Assembly (NCBI GenBank): GCA_965223265.1
Contig: OZ244999.1
Span: 1,280,001-1,344,000, forward strand
Source: Planctomycetota bacterium
GTDB taxonomy: Bacteria > Planctomycetota > UBA8108 > SXIK01
DNA length: 64,000 nt
Direction: 5' to 3'
Both the position numbers and the translations under genes were made by a program. This document shows positions 9,458 to 21,574 of this stretch, piece by piece. The notes under the pieces were generated by a model. That model worked only from the letters and a program-made list of their open reading frames with translations. It was not told the DNA's origin and ran no database searches. The stretch's first letter is position 1. Every line of letters starts with the position of its first letter.

Positions 9458-9870
9458 TCAACTGTGGGGCAACAGAAACACTCTCCGGGCGAGTTCAGAG
9501 CGAAGCCGTTCGTTGGAGTAGTAGCGCTCGAGTACGCCGTTTTCAAACAGGTCTGGATTTGCAGCCGAGAACGCGCCCCACGAATCGCTCGGCCCCGTAT
9601 GTGGGCGTTCGTTGATCAAGGCAGGAACGCCCAAGTCATGGTCTCGTGGTAGAGATTGTTCGCGCCCCTCGACTCTGCGTATCGACGAAGCTTCTCGGGA
9701 AAGTCGACTAAAACTTGCATCAGAGGAGTGTCCCGAAGGTAGAGATACCCAAGCTGAACGTGCTCTTCGTGAGTAAGTTTCGGGTGGGAGCAGTCCTCGA
9801 AGTTTTCGAGCAAATCGAGGTCTTCCGTTGTGGCCGTGGCCTCAGGCGTTCTGTTCGCTTTTCTATCCAT
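9458..9870 (-). pseudogene. conserved hypothetical protein split by a one-base frameshift near 9620
   Basis: Frame 1 ends ...LTHEEHVQLGYLYL...YHETMTWAFL. The shifted frame continues LINER...SWGAFSAANPDLFENGVLERYYSNERLRSELARRVFLLPHS*, which is the expected C-terminus of this small family. Confidence 0.7.
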
Positions 9871-10216
9871 TTGGGTTCGTCTTCGGTGTTGCGCGATCGT
9901 GGACGGCACTCCCTGGCCGATCGTTGCCGCGGGAGACGTCGTACCAGGCGTTTGAGATCGATCGACAGTTTCGGATAAGGTCGCGAAATCGCCAAGGCCA
10001 CTCGTCATGGCAGAACCGACGGCGAAGACGCGATATCATGAGCCGACAGGACGCGCGAGAGAATCGATGTGGTTGCCAGCCTCGACCATCTACTTTTTGC
10101 ACGCCCGTTTTTTTCGCACCGAGCGGCGCCGCCCACTTCAGGGGTGGTCAGAGTCAGGCGGATCGCGCTCGCTTCGTTCACGTACTAGTGCCAACACATA
10201 TCGCTGACTTCGTAAC

Positions 10217-13200
10217 ATGAACTATCTCTCCTTGAGTCTCGTTGTTGCCATCAGCTGGCTTGCGCCTGCGGTCGTCGCTGCTCCTCTCCGCGTCGAGCAC
10301 GACGCGTCGGTCGGCGCGATCTACGTTTTTCGCGCCGCGGACGCGATGCCGATCGTCACCCAACATGCGCGTGCCGATTTCCGTCCGTACATTCACCCAC
10401 TCGTCGCGCCGGACGGGAACGGTCTTCTCACCGAGTTTAGCTCCAGCGATCATTCGCGCGGGATAGGGCTGTCTTGCGGATTTGTTGACCTCAACGGTCG
10501 GGACTATTCTCGTCATCCAGGGGGGACGCACTGGCGTCGCGTCTCGGCACAGGTTCTCTCAGGCGCGGGCACCGGATCAGATGAGGCAGCGCGGTGGCGA
10601 ACGGTGTATGAGTTGCTCGGCAAGAACGGTGATCCTTTGCTGATCGAGACGCAGACATGGCAGCTGCGCGAACTCGACGGCGAGTACGTTCTCGATTTCG
10701 AGTGGGTTGGTGAGGCCAAGGTCGATGTGACCATCGGCAGGTCTGATTTCGGGGGTCTCTTCCTGCGAACACCGAGTCGCGACGGAATCGCTGGCGTCGT
10801 GAGCAACGGCGCTCGTCAGCAAGGAGCGCACGTCGACGGGAGTCGAGCGCCTTGGGTGAACGTCGGGATTCAGGTCGACGGTCGACAGGACCTGGCCTAC
10901 ATCGCGATGCTTGACCATCCGCAGAACGAAGGGTTCCCACAGCCGTGGCGCGTCGACGACGCGATGGGAATTGGAGCGGTCGGCGCTCGACTCGGCGACT
11001 GGAAGATCCCGAAGGAAAAACGCGCCGTCATGAGGTACCGGCTGCACGTCTACACCGCCGCGCTGAGCGCAGGGGAACTCCATCGAAGGTGGAGTGACTT
11101 TAGCGGTCGAAAGAGCACATCCTTTCTCTGGAAGATCGCGCAGAAGGAAGCGAAGGCAGCGGAGTTATTAGAGCCCGAAGAAGCTGTCGCTGCGATGACC
11201 GTGAGCGACGAGTTTAGGGTCAACGCGTTCGCGTCCGAACCGATGATCACACAGCCGATGGCCTTCTGTTGGGATGACCGCGGCAGGATTTGGGTCGCGG
11301 AGAACCGAGACTACGAGAGCCGTGGACGTGGTTTCTCGAATTCAGGCGACAGTCGCATCCTGATTCTCGAAGATACCGACCGCGACGGCGTCGCCGACAA
11401 CCGCACAGTCTTCGCAGAAGGGATCCCGTTTCCCGCTGCAATCGCTGTGGGATTCGAAGGCCTTTGGCTCGGGGCGCCACCGAATCTTTTGTATGTTCCC
11501 GATCGCAACCACGACGACGTGGCGGAGATGAACGCAATCGAGGTGCGTCTGACGGGTTGGGGCATTCGTGACCGGCACGAAACGCTCAATAGTTTTCACT
11601 GGGGCCCGGATGGATGGCTCTATGGATGCCAGGGATTCGCCACCCCTTCGAGGGTCGGCAAACCGGCAGGAGAGGGGCGCCTTTTCAAGCACAACGAGCC
11701 ATTCCCGCGGGATATACCTCTCGCTGGCCGTGGTGTCGAGATCAACGGCGGAGTCTGGCGCTATCATCCTACAAAGGACCGCTTCGAGGTCGTGGCCCAC
11801 GGCTTGAGCAACCCGTGGGGAATCGACTATGACGCTAAGGGGCAGCTCTTCGTCACCGCGTGTGTGATTCCGCACCTTTGGCACGTAATCCCGGGAGGCA
11901 TCTATCACCGCCAGGGCGGGCAACACTTTAGCCCGTACGTTTACAGTGACATCCGCACGATCGCCGATCACCGCCACAGATCAGCGCACGGCGGCGCCCG
12001 AATCTACCTCTCCGACGCGTTTCCGGATCGCTATCGCGGTCGGGTTTTCATGGCGAACATCCACGAGCACGCCGTGCTCACCGACATCCTGGAGCCAAGG
12101 GGCTCAGGATTCGTCGCCCGCCACGGCGATAACTTTCTCCTGGCGAACAACGCGCAATGGATCGGCTTTAGCATGGAGATCGGACCAGAGGGTGGGGTGT
12201 ACGTTCTCGACTGGCACGACGCCGACATCTGCGGCAAGGATGTGCACAACAAGAACACCGGGCGCATCTATCGAGTCGTGCCGACCGTGTCGACCGCGAA
12301 GAACTGGAGCGGTCGTTATGGCGATCTTAGAAAGTTGTCGGATCGGCAACTCGTCGAACTTCAAGTCAGCCGGAGTGCATGGCACGCCCGGCGAGCGCGT
12401 GTGATTCTGCAAAGTCGTGCGCTGAGCGGCCGCATCGACGAAGCAGCGCGCGCTGCGCTGCGAGCCATTGCTAGGGACGGCGTGGAGACGGATTGGCGCC
12501 TGCGCGCGATTTGGGCGCTGCATGTCACTGGGGGACTCACTGAGCGCGAAAGCGTAGCAGCCCTCGGCGATGAAGATGAGCATGTGCGTGCCTGGGCGAT
12601 TCAGCTGTCATGTGAGGATCTCGCTCCTTCCACGACAATGCTCGAAGCTTTCAGGGCGATGGCCCGGACTGATGGTTCCGCCGTCGTCCGTCTCTACTTG
12701 GCGGCCGCCCTACAGCGTTTGGAACATGAAAAACGCTGGCCGATCGCGGCTGAGCTTGTCGAGCGCTTCGAAGATGCGAACGACCACAACATTGCGAAGA
12801 TGATCTGGTTCGGAATCGAGCCATTGATCGCCCAGCACCCACAGCGAGCGCTCAGACTCGCGTTGAAGTCGAGAATCCCTCTCATTGCAAGACACATCGC
12901 ACGACGGCTGGCCGATGCGAACGAGTTCGAGGTCGTCGTAGCTGGAATCGGGATGGACTCGGGGCTGCGGCGGGAGCTCCTCCGAGGGTTACGCGATGCG
13001 TTGGAAGGACGTTTCGACGTGGCCGCCCCAACGAACTGGGTCGAGGTGTACCCAAAACTGAAGGACTCGAGCGATGAAAGCGTCGCCGAGATGGCACTGC
13101 AGCTCGCCCAGCAGTTCGGAGACAACGCAGCCGCCGAGGCGCTTCTTGCGACACTCACAGACGAAGACGCTGGCCTCGAAGCTCGCAAGCAAGCGCTTCT

Positions 13201-14038
13201 CACACTTACTAGGAACAAATATGACCAGCTGCGACCGGTGCTTCTCTCGCTTCTCAGCAGCGAGCTACTGCGGCGACCAGCAATCCGCGCCATGGCTGCG
13301 TTCGACGACGAGCAGTTCTCTGCGGCGCTCCTTGAGCGTTACGGTCGGTTCAGCTTCGAGGAGAAGTTGGAGGCGATTCACGCTCTTGCGGCCCGATCGC
13401 GCTCCGGATGGAAACTCACGCAAGCGATCGGGCGGGGGGATGTCCCGCGGCGCGACGTGCCGGCGTACGTTGCCCGGCAGCTTCGCCGGGTCGTTGGCAG
13501 CGGGTTTGTGGAGATCTGGGGTCCTCTCGATGCGCTTCCGGCCGAGACCGAGGCCGCACTGACAAAGTACCGTGCGCTCCTCACAGAAGAGGCCATCACG
13601 CGAGCAGATCCGCGGCGTGGTCGTGCGGTCTTCAAACGGGCGTGTCTTTCGTGCCACAAGTTGTACGGCGAAGGGGGGCGCATCGGTCCGGACATCACCG
13701 GGGCGAACCGGACAGATCTCAACTACCTCCTTGGCAACATTGTCACTCCGAGCGAAGTCATTCAAGACGACTACAGAATGCTGAGCCTCCTGACGAACGA
13801 AGGCCGCCTCTATTCTGGAATCCTCGCTGGCGAGAACGAACGTCAGATCAGTCTCAGGGTCGTGGGCGAAGACGAGCCGCTGCAGATTCCGAAGTCGTCG
13901 ATCGCCTCGCGCGAGGTGGCGAACGTCTCCATGATGCCGCAGGGACTGTTGCTCAATCTGACGGATCGAGAGGTCCTCGATCTGGTCGCATACCTCCAGA
14001 CACCGGCACAAGTACCGCTGCCGGAGGAGACGCGTTAG
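10217..14038 (+). CDS. PVC-type heme-binding CxxCH protein: DUF6807-like N-domain, dehydrogenase-like beta-propeller, HEAT repeats, cytochrome c
   Basis: Signal peptide; RPYIHPLVAPDG; FASEPMITQPMAFCWDDRGRIWV; NPWGIDYD; HEAT-like helices; CLSCH, GPDITG and SMMPQGL. Confidence 0.88.
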   Translation: MNYLSLSLVVAISWLAPAVVAAPLRVEHDASVGAIYVFRAADAMPIVTQHARADFRPYIHPLVAPDGNGLLTEFSSSDHSRGIGLSCGFVDLNGRDYSRHPGGTHWRRVSAQVLSGAGTGSDEAARWRTVYELLGKNGDPLLIETQTWQLRELDGEYVLDFEWVGEAKVDVTIGRSDFGGLFLRTPSRDGIAGVVSNGARQQGAHVDGSRAPWVNVGIQVDGRQDLAYIAMLDHPQNEGFPQPWRVDDAMGIGAVGARLGDWKIPKEKRAVMRYRLHVYTAALSAGELHRRWSDFSGRKSTSFLWKIAQKEAKAAELLEPEEAVAAMTVSDEFRVNAFASEPMITQPMAFCWDDRGRIWVAENRDYESRGRGFSNSGDSRILILEDTDRDGVADNRTVFAEGIPFPAAIAVGFEGLWLGAPPNLLYVPDRNHDDVAEMNAIEVRLTGWGIRDRHETLNSFHWGPDGWLYGCQGFATPSRVGKPAGEGRLFKHNEPFPRDIPLAGRGVEINGGVWRYHPTKDRFEVVAHGLSNPWGIDYDAKGQLFVTACVIPHLWHVIPGGIYHRQGGQHFSPYVYSDIRTIADHRHRSAHGGARIYLSDAFPDRYRGRVFMANIHEHAVLTDILEPRGSGFVARHGDNFLLANNAQWIGFSMEIGPEGGVYVLDWHDADICGKDVHNKNTGRIYRVVPTVSTAKNWSGRYGDLRKLSDRQLVELQVSRSAWHARRARVILQSRALSGRIDEAARAALRAIARDGVETDWRLRAIWALHVTGGLTERESVAALGDEDEHVRAWAIQLSCEDLAPSTTMLEAFRAMARTDGSAVVRLYLAAALQRLEHEKRWPIAAELVERFEDANDHNIAKMIWFGIEPLIAQHPQRALRLALKSRIPLIARHIARRLADANEFEVVVAGIGMDSGLRRELLRGLRDALEGRFDVAAPTNWVEVYPKLKDSSDESVAEMALQLAQQFGDNAAAEALLATLTDEDAGLEARKQALLTLTRNKYDQLRPVLLSLLSSELLRRPAIRAMAAFDDEQFSAALLERYGRFSFEEKLEAIHALAARSRSGWKLTQAIGRGDVPRRDVPAYVARQLRRVVGSGFVEIWGPLDALPAETEAALTKYRALLTEEAITRADPRRGRAVFKRACLSCHKLYGEGGRIGPDITGANRTDLNYLLGNIVTPSEVIQDDYRMLSLLTNEGRLYSGILAGENERQISLRVVGEDEPLQIPKSSIASREVANVSMMPQGLLLNLTDREVLDLVAYLQTPAQVPLPEETR

Positions 14039-14312
14039 ATCGTTCATCGAAGACCGAGACTTGTTCGTTTTTCGATGTGGCGGCGCTGAGCGCGCGGTCC
14101 AGAGAGCGACCGCCAAGGCGGCTCGTTCCTTTTACCTCCCAACTATGGAAGGTGGGGCCACGCTGCGGCGATGCAGAGATTCCTCCAAATTGACTCATGA
14201 GTTGAGACGAGCGCTGTTAAGCAGCTGCGTGCATCGCCTGTGGTGCCTTGCGTGGCGCCTGGCGGGCGTCCATACTGAGAGCTTTGTGCGGCAGAACCTT
14301 AGGAGGTAGTTC

Positions 14313-14570
14313 ATGGCTCAGGATGGGGAAAAGAGTTCCCTCAAAGAGAAAATCGGTGTGCTCGTGTTCGCGCTTGTCTTCATCGGACTCGGAGTGTTCG
14401 CCATCATCGATCCGTCGGCAATGGAAGGAGCCGAGGCCGGCGGTCGCCGCGCCTGGCTGAAGCAGCTGGTCGTGAGCGTGTGGGGGCGGCCGTTTGGCAT
14501 CGTCGCTACGGTGCTGGGGCTTCTGCTGATCGTCGGTGCATTTCGCGGCAAAAGTGACGAGAATGAGTGA
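14313..14570 (+). CDS. small two-TM membrane protein
   Basis: AGGAGG RBS; two hydrophobic helices. Confidence 0.65.
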   Translation: MAQDGEKSSLKEKIGVLVFALVFIGLGVFAIIDPSAMEGAEAGGRRAWLKQLVVSVWGRPFGIVATVLGLLLIVGAFRGKSDENE

Positions 14571-14607
14571 CCCGATCGCCAGGCCTTCGCGTTCGTCGTG
14601 CTCGTGA

Positions 14608-16032
14608 TTACGCTCCGCTGGGGCGTGTGTAGTTCTCTGTGTAGAGACTGCCGGCGATGTAGGAGTGCAGAGGCGGACGAATGACGAGATCTTTCTTATA
14701 ACCCCAGCGGTCGTCCGGTTTGAGCTCACCCACTCGCATGACGTTGTAGAGCGTGAAGATCGTCCCATCGTCCAGCTCGACTGAGCTCGGATATCCGACG
14801 AGTCCGGGCAGCGTGTCGTCGCAGATCACGATTTCGCGATCGACGTCCCACGTCTCTCCATCGTCACGGCTGAGAACCCCTCGGTAGCCAGACGGATAGC
14901 CGGCGTGGCGATAGACGCAGAGAATGTTGCCGCTCCGAAGGCGGAGCAAATTCGCTGGGCTTCCCCCGATGGGCGTTGGTTTCGCTGCAGCCCAAGTGCG
15001 GCCGTTGTCGTCGGAGTGGCTTTGATAGAGGTGGGGTTTGCCACCGCCGCGGATCAGCGCCAAGATGCGACCGCTCGGTAGGACGAGTAGATCGGTCTCG
15101 TTGTAGTAGATCTTTTCGGTTTCGTCGTGAGCTAGCGTGCTCAGCTCCCACGTCCTGCCCTGATCCGTTGAGCGAATCGCGTAGGCGCTATCGTGACCCG
15201 ATCGACCGAAACGGGGGTTTCGCCGGATCGTGCCGTAGAGAACTCCCAGGACCGTACCGTCTGCCAGCACAACGCCACGTCGAAACCAACCGGAGTAGCG
15301 GGAGAAGGTCGGGAAGCCATCGATTGGCCGCTCCTCCCACGTGCGCCCTCCGTCACGGGAGATGGTGACGCCTGGTTGCCGATCGTGCGTCGCCACCACG
15401 CCTTCCGGAAGCCACGGACCTTTGTGGTCGAAAACGTAGATCCCTTCCTCCTTCAATCGGTCGGCGTGCGATGCAGGCCAGAGATCCCAGCCAAACGTGC
15501 TGTCTGCATGCCAAAGGTGTCCGAGTCCAAGCTCTTCGAGTCGCTTTCGCTGCTCGTCTCGCGTCGGCACCATCTCGACGACGTTGATCAGGGTCCCGTC
15601 AGAAAGCTCGACCGGCCACCCATTGGTACAGTGCGCGCTACGCTCCGACCAGCGCGGATCGAGAGGAAGCTCGTCGAGCTTGACACGCTCCCACGACTTG
15701 CCGGAATTCTTCGAGGAAAGGAAGATCCATTCAGCATGCGCCGAATAAAAGTCGTCGGTCATCGCGTCTTCACGCTGCGCCTGGAAGCCGACGACGAGCT
15801 CGCCGCTCTTACGTTTGAGCACCGGAAGCCCGAAACTCGTCGAGCTCCAGCCGGGACGGTCGTAGATGGTGACGTCGAGTTTCCACGACGACGGTGATCG
15901 CACCGCGCCAGTTGGACGCGAAGAGGAAGCCGCCGGGCTCGCCGCAGCGACTCCGGCGGCCGTCATGGTTGCCAAGAATTCTCGTCGGCCTAGACCGCTC
16001 TTCGATCGTGTGGCCGGCTTGTCTGTCGACAT
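14608..16032 (-). CDS. Tat-exported sialidase-like (BNR/Asp-box) protein
   Basis: GRREFL Tat motif; Asp boxes SKNSGKSW, SRDGGRTW, STDQGRTW, SDDNGRTW, SRDDGETW; GYPSSVEL. Confidence 0.85.
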   Translation of the reverse strand: MSTDKPATRSKSGLGRREFLATMTAAGVAAASPAASSSRPTGAVRSPSSWKLDVTIYDRPGWSSTSFGLPVLKRKSGELVVGFQAQREDAMTDDFYSAHAEWIFLSSKNSGKSWERVKLDELPLDPRWSERSAHCTNGWPVELSDGTLINVVEMVPTRDEQRKRLEELGLGHLWHADSTFGWDLWPASHADRLKEEGIYVFDHKGPWLPEGVVATHDRQPGVTISRDGGRTWEERPIDGFPTFSRYSGWFRRGVVLADGTVLGVLYGTIRRNPRFGRSGHDSAYAIRSTDQGRTWELSTLAHDETEKIYYNETDLLVLPSGRILALIRGGGKPHLYQSHSDDNGRTWAAAKPTPIGGSPANLLRLRSGNILCVYRHAGYPSGYRGVLSRDDGETWDVDREIVICDDTLPGLVGYPSSVELDDGTIFTLYNVMRVGELKPDDRWGYKKDLVIRPPLHSYIAGSLYTENYTRPSGA

Positions 16033-16092
16033 AAGAGAGGCCCTAAAAGATCGGGCGTGGATCGGATAGGAGGCTCACGAGGCGCAGCAGAA

Positions 16093-16599
16093 TCAACGCC
16101 CCGGCGGCGGAGCGACCAGGACGGCGGCTTGGCCATCATCGAACTTCCCTTCCAGTGCGTTTTCGAAGACACTGCTGCCCTTTTTCTTGCGCAAGTAGAG
16201 AACGTACACCGATCCTTTTGTCAGGTGCAATCTCGATGGACCGTTCGCTACAGCTTTGACGCGTTTGGTGTCCAAAGCAGAATAGTGAAACTCGATTTGC
16301 TTGAGTTCTTCGCCCTTGATCGCGTGCTTGACGGAGAGCGTTGCCTCGTAGGTCACCACGGGGAGTGGCGCATTTCCTGGCAGTTGAATCTGTCCTCTGC
16401 GCTTGGTCCTTCGGACCGACGTCGGTGATGCGAGAACGACCACATCCGACCGTTCACACAGCTCGGCCGGCGTCCACCAACGCACCGGGCGAGCCTCTGC
16501 AACGCAAAGAAGAGATAGGAACGCGACACCAAGTAAAAGCGACACGATCAACGCTCGTGAAAGCACTCTTGAAAACAGACGTGAGAACAGTGCGGACAT
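16093..16599 (-). CDS. hypothetical secreted protein
   Basis: Long hydrophobic signal, then ELCERSDVVVLA...YVLYL; GAAGGA RBS. Confidence 0.6.
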   Translation of the reverse strand: MSALFSRLFSRVLSRALIVSLLLGVAFLSLLCVAEARPVRWWTPAELCERSDVVVLASPTSVRRTKRRGQIQLPGNAPLPVVTYEATLSVKHAIKGEELKQIEFHYSALDTKRVKAVANGPSRLHLTKGSVYVLYLRKKKGSSVFENALEGKFDDGQAAVLVAPPPGR

Positions 16600-17168
16600 C
16601 CTTCACCTCTTTCTGAGTCGGTAGCCTTCAGGTCAGACCACTTGACGACGCTTCGAAGGTAGCCGCTGGAGTTATCTAGTGATACCGAATTATTCTGCCG
16701 TAGGTGCCACCACGGGAAGCGCTTTGCTGCATGCCGGCCTTCTGCAGAAAACAGAGGGAGTCGGATGTGGAGTCACGAGGCTACTCCGTCTTCAACAATT
16801 CTTTTAACGACGGTGCAGCACGCGGACCTCCTAGAGTTCCAAGCTCGCGTGCGACGACCTTTCCATCCGGGCCGACGAGGATCGACGTTGACAGAGAGGA
16901 GATTCATATTTTGTGGGCGAGTTCGCTACGTTCTCCGAGTGCGGCCACGACGAGCGCTGCGTGGGCGGCTTCTTGCAGCTCTGGGGTGAACTTTCTGCAT
17001 AAGTGGGCTCCGGCGCCAACGAATAGAGGGCGCCGTTTCGCGGCTACGGGCACACCAATTTCACCGCTGCCGCAGCCTGTCACCTGTTGAAATGGGGCTG
17101 GCCATCAAGACGAGCAGGGAGCGACCACGAGCGGGGGCCGCCGCTGCCAACGTCCGCCCCAGACCGTG

Positions 17169-18626
17169 CTATGTGAAAAGCTCGGTCACCGCCCGCGCGT
17201 CCTCGACTCCCGTCAGTCGTTGGTCAAGGCCTTGGAACGGGTACGTGAACCGCTTGTGGTCGATGCCGAGCGAGTGGAGGATCGTCGCGTTGAGGTCGTT
17301 TACGTGTACAGGGTCTTCGACGACGTTATATCCGTAGTCATCTGTGGCGCCGTATTCGGATCCGCCGCGGATGCCCCCGCCTGCGAGCCACACGCTGAAA
17401 CATCGCCCGTGGTGATCTCGGCCGTAGCTGTCATCCCTCAGCGCCCCCTGGCAGTACACGGTGCGACCGAACTCTCCACCCCAAACGACCAGAGTCTCGT
17501 CGAGGAGCCCGCGCGCCTTGAGATCTTGGAGGAGCGCGGCCGACGGTTGGTCGACGTCCTGGCACTGACGCCGGATGCCTCGCGGTAAACCTCCGTGTTG
17601 GTCCCAGCCGCGGTGGAAGAGCTGGATGCACCGAACACCGCGCTCGGCCATACGTCGCGCGATGAGGCAGTTCGCGGCGAACGTACCTGGTTGGCGTGCG
17701 TCCGGTCCGTACATTTCAAACGTGCGCTCGCTCTCTTGTGAAAGATCGAGAAGCTCGGGTACCGAAACCTGCATGCGAAACGCTAATTCGTATTGCGCGA
17801 TACGAGTGTGAATCTCTGGATCTCCAGACTCCGCGGCTTTGATGCGGTTCAGCGCTTGCTGCCCGTCGAGCAGGCGGCGCCGCGCCTGCCGCTCAATGCC
17901 GGGAGGATTCGAAAGGTAGAGAACGGGATCCTTGCCGCTGCGGAAGCGAACGCCTTGGTGGCGCGTCGGCAGAAACCCGCTTCCCCACAGGCGAGCGAAA
18001 ACCGGTTGATTGATTCCCGCGCGGCCGCGCGAAATCAACACTACGTATGCGGGCAGATCTTCGTTGTCCGTGCCGAGACCGTAGCTGAGCCACGCTCCCA
18101 AACTCGGTTTGCCGAGCTGCTGCGAGCCGGTGTTCATGAAGGTCAGGGCAGGATCGTGGTTGATCGCCTCGGTGTGGACCGAGTTCACGATCGCTAACTC
18201 GTCTGCGACTCTTCCCAAATGCGGCAAGAGTTCGCTCAGCCACAGCCCTGACGCACCGCAGCGCTTGAACTGAAACGCGGGCGCGACACAGGGGAAACTC
18301 TTCTGGCTTGCCGTCATCAAAGTGAGTCGCTGGCCGCGGCGGACGGAGTCGGGCAACTCGGACTTGTGTCGCTGACGCAGCTGTGGTTTGTAGTCGAGCA
18401 ACTCCAAGTGGGAGGGGCCGCCCGATTGAAACAAGTAGATCACCCGTTTTGCCCGCGGCGCGAAGTGTGGCAGACTCTGCGAGGCACCGCCTTTGGTCTC
18501 CCGCGGCGCAGCGACCGCGTCTCGCCTTAGGAGCGAAGCCAAAGCCGCAGCACCTAACCCACCGGCGGTGCGCCCGAGAAGATGGCGGCGCGTGAGAAAC
18601 ATCGTCTGCTGCTCGAGCGGATGCAC
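17169..18626 (-). CDS. DUF1501 domain protein
   Basis: TRRHLL Tat-like leader, [32 protein letters not shown]. Start is GTG 18626 or ATG 18602. Confidence 0.92.
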   Translation of the reverse strand: MHPLEQQTMFLTRRHLLGRTAGGLGAAALASLLRRDAVAAPRETKGGASQSLPHFAPRAKRVIYLFQSGGPSHLELLDYKPQLRQRHKSELPDSVRRGQRLTLMTASQKSFPCVAPAFQFKRCGASGLWLSELLPHLGRVADELAIVNSVHTEAINHDPALTFMNTGSQQLGKPSLGAWLSYGLGTDNEDLPAYVVLISRGRAGINQPVFARLWGSGFLPTRHQGVRFRSGKDPVLYLSNPPGIERQARRRLLDGQQALNRIKAAESGDPEIHTRIAQYELAFRMQVSVPELLDLSQESERTFEMYGPDARQPGTFAANCLIARRMAERGVRCIQLFHRGWDQHGGLPRGIRRQCQDVDQPSAALLQDLKARGLLDETLVVWGGEFGRTVYCQGALRDDSYGRDHHGRCFSVWLAGGGIRGGSEYGATDDYGYNVVEDPVHVNDLNATILHSLGIDHKRFTYPFQGLDQRLTGVEDARAVTELFT

Positions 18627-18628
18627 AC

Positions 18629-21574
18629 TCACTCCTTGGTGATGGTTTCGTCGAGGTTCAGAAGCATGTTCGCGACCGTCGTCCATGCAGCGTACTCGGC
18701 CGACTCGAGCTCCACTGAGCTCTTCCACTCGCCGACCGCGAGGAGGTCGCGTGCGGCTTGGACATCCTGCGCATAGAGGCGGCGCTGCTGCTGGTACACG
18801 TCAACGAGCACGGCGAGCTCGTGTGGGCGGGCGGGGCGCGAGGTCGCCAGGGCGAATCCAAGCGCCGCTCGCGCCTCGGGAGTTTCACCGCCTCGTGTAA
18901 TCATGCGCACCGCGAGTGCACGAGACGCTTCGATGTACGTCGGGTCGTTCATGAGCACGAGCGCCATGAGCGGCGTGTTGGTTCGCTGGCGCCGCACGGT
19001 GCAGGTCTCGCGATTCGGTGCATCGAAGATGACCATGTTCGGAGGCGGAACGGATCGCTTCCAGTACGTGTAGAGGCTGCGGCGGTACAGGTTGTCGCCG
19101 CGATCTTGCCGGTAGGCGCGTGTCGCCGACTCGAACCAGAGATCTGCCGGCTGGTAGGGGCGGACACTCGGCCCGCCCAAACGCTCGACCAGGAGGCCGC
19201 TGATCGCCAGAGCCTGATCTCGAATTGTCTCCGCCGGTAAGCGGAAACGCGGTCCGCGGGCGAGCTGGCGGTTGTCCGGATCGGCGTTCCAACCCTGGCT
19301 GGTGGTGCGCGAGGATTGGCGATAAGTCGATGACATGACGATGGTCTTGACGAGTCGCTTAACGTCCCATCCGTTATCGATGAATTCAGACGCCAACCAA
19401 TCGAGGAGAAGCGGATGCGACGGCCTCTCGCCTTGGATACCGAAGTCATCCGGAGTCGCGACGATGCCGACGCCAAAAAACATCTGCCAGTAACGGTTGA
19501 CGATGACCCGGCTCGTCAGAGGGTGATCCGGGTGCACGAGCCACTGCGCCAGCCCCAAACGATTCGCTGCCGCACCGGTCGGCAACGGCGGTAGCACGGA
19601 AGGTGGGCGGCGCTCGACTTCTTCGAGTGGTTGGTCATACTGGCCGCGGTCGAGAACGAACGTCTGGCGTGGAGTCTCCATCTCCTTCATGACCATGACA
19701 GTACGCATCGTTCGCCTGCGAAACGTACTCGTTCGCTCGCGCACTTCGTCGAGGGTCTTCACGAGATCGCGGTAAGCGGCGTCATGGTGGCTGAGGTAAT
19801 AACTCCGCAGCGCTTCGTACTCACGCTTCGTGCGTTCGTTGACATTCGTTGCGAGCAAGTCCACCAGCGGCTGCGCGAGCGCCTTCACCTCGTGCGGCGA
19901 CAAACGTCGCGAGTAGAGTCGCACGTCATCGAGCTTGCCGGTGAATCCACCACCGCGCTCTTGGCCGCCGACGAGGAGCGGTCGGGTAGCAGCGGTCGCG
20001 ACAGACCGCGTCAGTTGATCGTGTGACGCACTCGTCTCTTGGAGCGTCGCGTCAATGTAGACCTTGATGCCTTCTGCTTTCTGTGCCCCGTCGTAAGTGA
20101 CGGTCACGTGATGCCACCCGCCACCGTCGATCTTTGCAGTCGTCGTCAGTCTGATCGCGTTCTCCGGCCACCTGTGGACGAGTCGAACGACAACCTTGCC
20201 ACCCGAAAGCGCCACGTCCCAGCCGCGGCGCAAGGTGGACGGATCCATCCGTGAGATCAGCGGTCCGCCGCTGTCCGAGTTGTACCATGCGGCGAACGAG
20301 AACGGCGCGGTGCCGTCGAGCAGGATCGCGTCGCCGAGGTCGACGGAGCTCTGACCGTCAAGCTCGAGTGCACCGCTTAGCTTGCCGGTGGTCCACTCGG
20401 GTTTGGTCTCGGCGTCTGGAGTACGGACGAGACCTTCTTGGGATTCGTCGTTGCGAGCGCGGTCATTTCGATCGCCACCGCCTTGTTGTTCGCCGCCGCG
20501 GAGAATTGAGACTGCGTGTCCGCTGGTCCCATCGAGCGGAAGATAAAGCGCAAGACCAGACTTCGGCGCCGCCGGGCATGGATCGGAGAGAGGGCGCGAG
20601 CGGAGATCGACTTCCCAGCGCTCAAACGCGTCTTCGGTTTCCGCCGCGCGTCGCTTCAAGCGACTCTCGAGCTCGATGATCTCGTCGGAATACGCCGCGA
20701 GTTGCTGTTGGTCTTCCGGGGCGACGAACGATATGAGTGGTTCGAGATTCCCCGAAAGACTCCCCATGATTGCGGGATCGTCGACGTTGTTGAAGAAGGC
20801 GTAGAATTCGTAGAACTCTCGCTGCGAGATCGGATCATATTTGTGATCGTGACACTGCGCGCAGCCGATCGTCAGACCGAGCCAGACGGTCGCCGTCGTG
20901 TTGACGCGATCGAGATCGTACTCGACGCGGTACTCCGCCGGAATTCCCGAGCTCGTGACTCCGTGAAGACGGTTGAAGCCCGTGGCAACGCGCTGTTGCG
21001 TAGTGGCGCCGGGGAGTAGATCGCCCGCGAGCTGTTCGATCGTGAATTGATCAAACGGCATGCCCGCATTGATGGCGTCGATGACCCATTCCCGCCACGG
21101 CCACATGTCGCGGTGGTAGTCCTCGTGGTATCCGAACGTGTCGGCGTACCGCGCGGCGTCGAGCCAATCGAGAGCCATGCGCTCGCCAAACCGCGGCGAG
21201 GCGATCAATCGATCGACTACCTTTTCGTAGGCGTCAGCGCTACCGTCGGCCAAAAAAAAGTCGATCTCCTCGGGCGTCGGCGGCAAGCCTGTGAGATCCA
21301 ACGAAACGCGACGCAGGAGTGTGCGCCGGTCGGCGGGCGGCGAGGGTGTTTGTCCCGCCGCTTCCAAGCGCGCCAGGACGAAATGATCAAGAGATCCGCG
21401 TGGCCACGCTTGATCGTGCACTACCGGCGGTGCGTGTGGTCGAGGCGCGACGAACGCCCAATGGTCCGCGAAAACGACTGACGCGAGCGTCACCAGCAAA
21501 CAGGTTGAGACAAAACCGCTGCGGGCGAGGTGGCGGAGCGGTGGTCGCTGAAGAAAAAAAAAGAAACGGTGCAT
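18629..21574 (-). CDS. DUF1549 + LamG-like + DUF1553 (PSD1) protein
   Basis: [26 protein letters not shown], LamG motifs ([24 protein letters not shown]), [22 protein letters not shown]. The start is estimated; the 5' part of the listed ORF is antisense to the next gene. Confidence 0.9.
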   Translation of the reverse strand: MHRFFFFLQRPPLRHLARSGFVSTCLLVTLASVVFADHWAFVAPRPHAPPVVHDQAWPRGSLDHFVLARLEAAGQTPSPPADRRTLLRRVSLDLTGLPPTPEEIDFFLADGSADAYEKVVDRLIASPRFGERMALDWLDAARYADTFGYHEDYHRDMWPWREWVIDAINAGMPFDQFTIEQLAGDLLPGATTQQRVATGFNRLHGVTSSGIPAEYRVEYDLDRVNTTATVWLGLTIGCAQCHDHKYDPISQREFYEFYAFFNNVDDPAIMGSLSGNLEPLISFVAPEDQQQLAAYSDEIIELESRLKRRAAETEDAFERWEVDLRSRPLSDPCPAAPKSGLALYLPLDGTSGHAVSILRGGEQQGGGDRNDRARNDESQEGLVRTPDAETKPEWTTGKLSGALELDGQSSVDLGDAILLDGTAPFSFAAWYNSDSGGPLISRMDPSTLRRGWDVALSGGKVVVRLVHRWPENAIRLTTTAKIDGGGWHHVTVTYDGAQKAEGIKVYIDATLQETSASHDQLTRSVATAATRPLLVGGQERGGGFTGKLDDVRLYSRRLSPHEVKALAQPLVDLLATNVNERTKREYEALRSYYLSHHDAAYRDLVKTLDEVRERTSTFRRRTMRTVMVMKEMETPRQTFVLDRGQYDQPLEEVERRPPSVLPPLPTGAAANRLGLAQWLVHPDHPLTSRVIVNRYWQMFFGVGIVATPDDFGIQGERPSHPLLLDWLASEFIDNGWDVKRLVKTIVMSSTYRQSSRTTSQGWNADPDNRQLARGPRFRLPAETIRDQALAISGLLVERLGGPSVRPYQPADLWFESATRAYRQDRGDNLYRRSLYTYWKRSVPPPNMVIFDAPNRETCTVRRQRTNTPLMALVLMNDPTYIEASRALAVRMITRGGETPEARAALGFALATSRPARPHELAVLVDVYQQQRRLYAQDVQAARDLLAVGEWKSSVELESAEYAAWTTVANMLLNLDETITKE

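Noticed and set aside
10217-11100. Methane monooxygenase PmoA
   Set aside because: The domain historically labelled PmoA here is a soluble beta-rich module; no pmoCAB genes or membrane topology.
16620-17160. Gene or ncRNA in the 540-bp intergenic gap
   Set aside because: Only short ORFs without motifs and one small hairpin (CGGCGCC/GGCGCCG); insufficient support.
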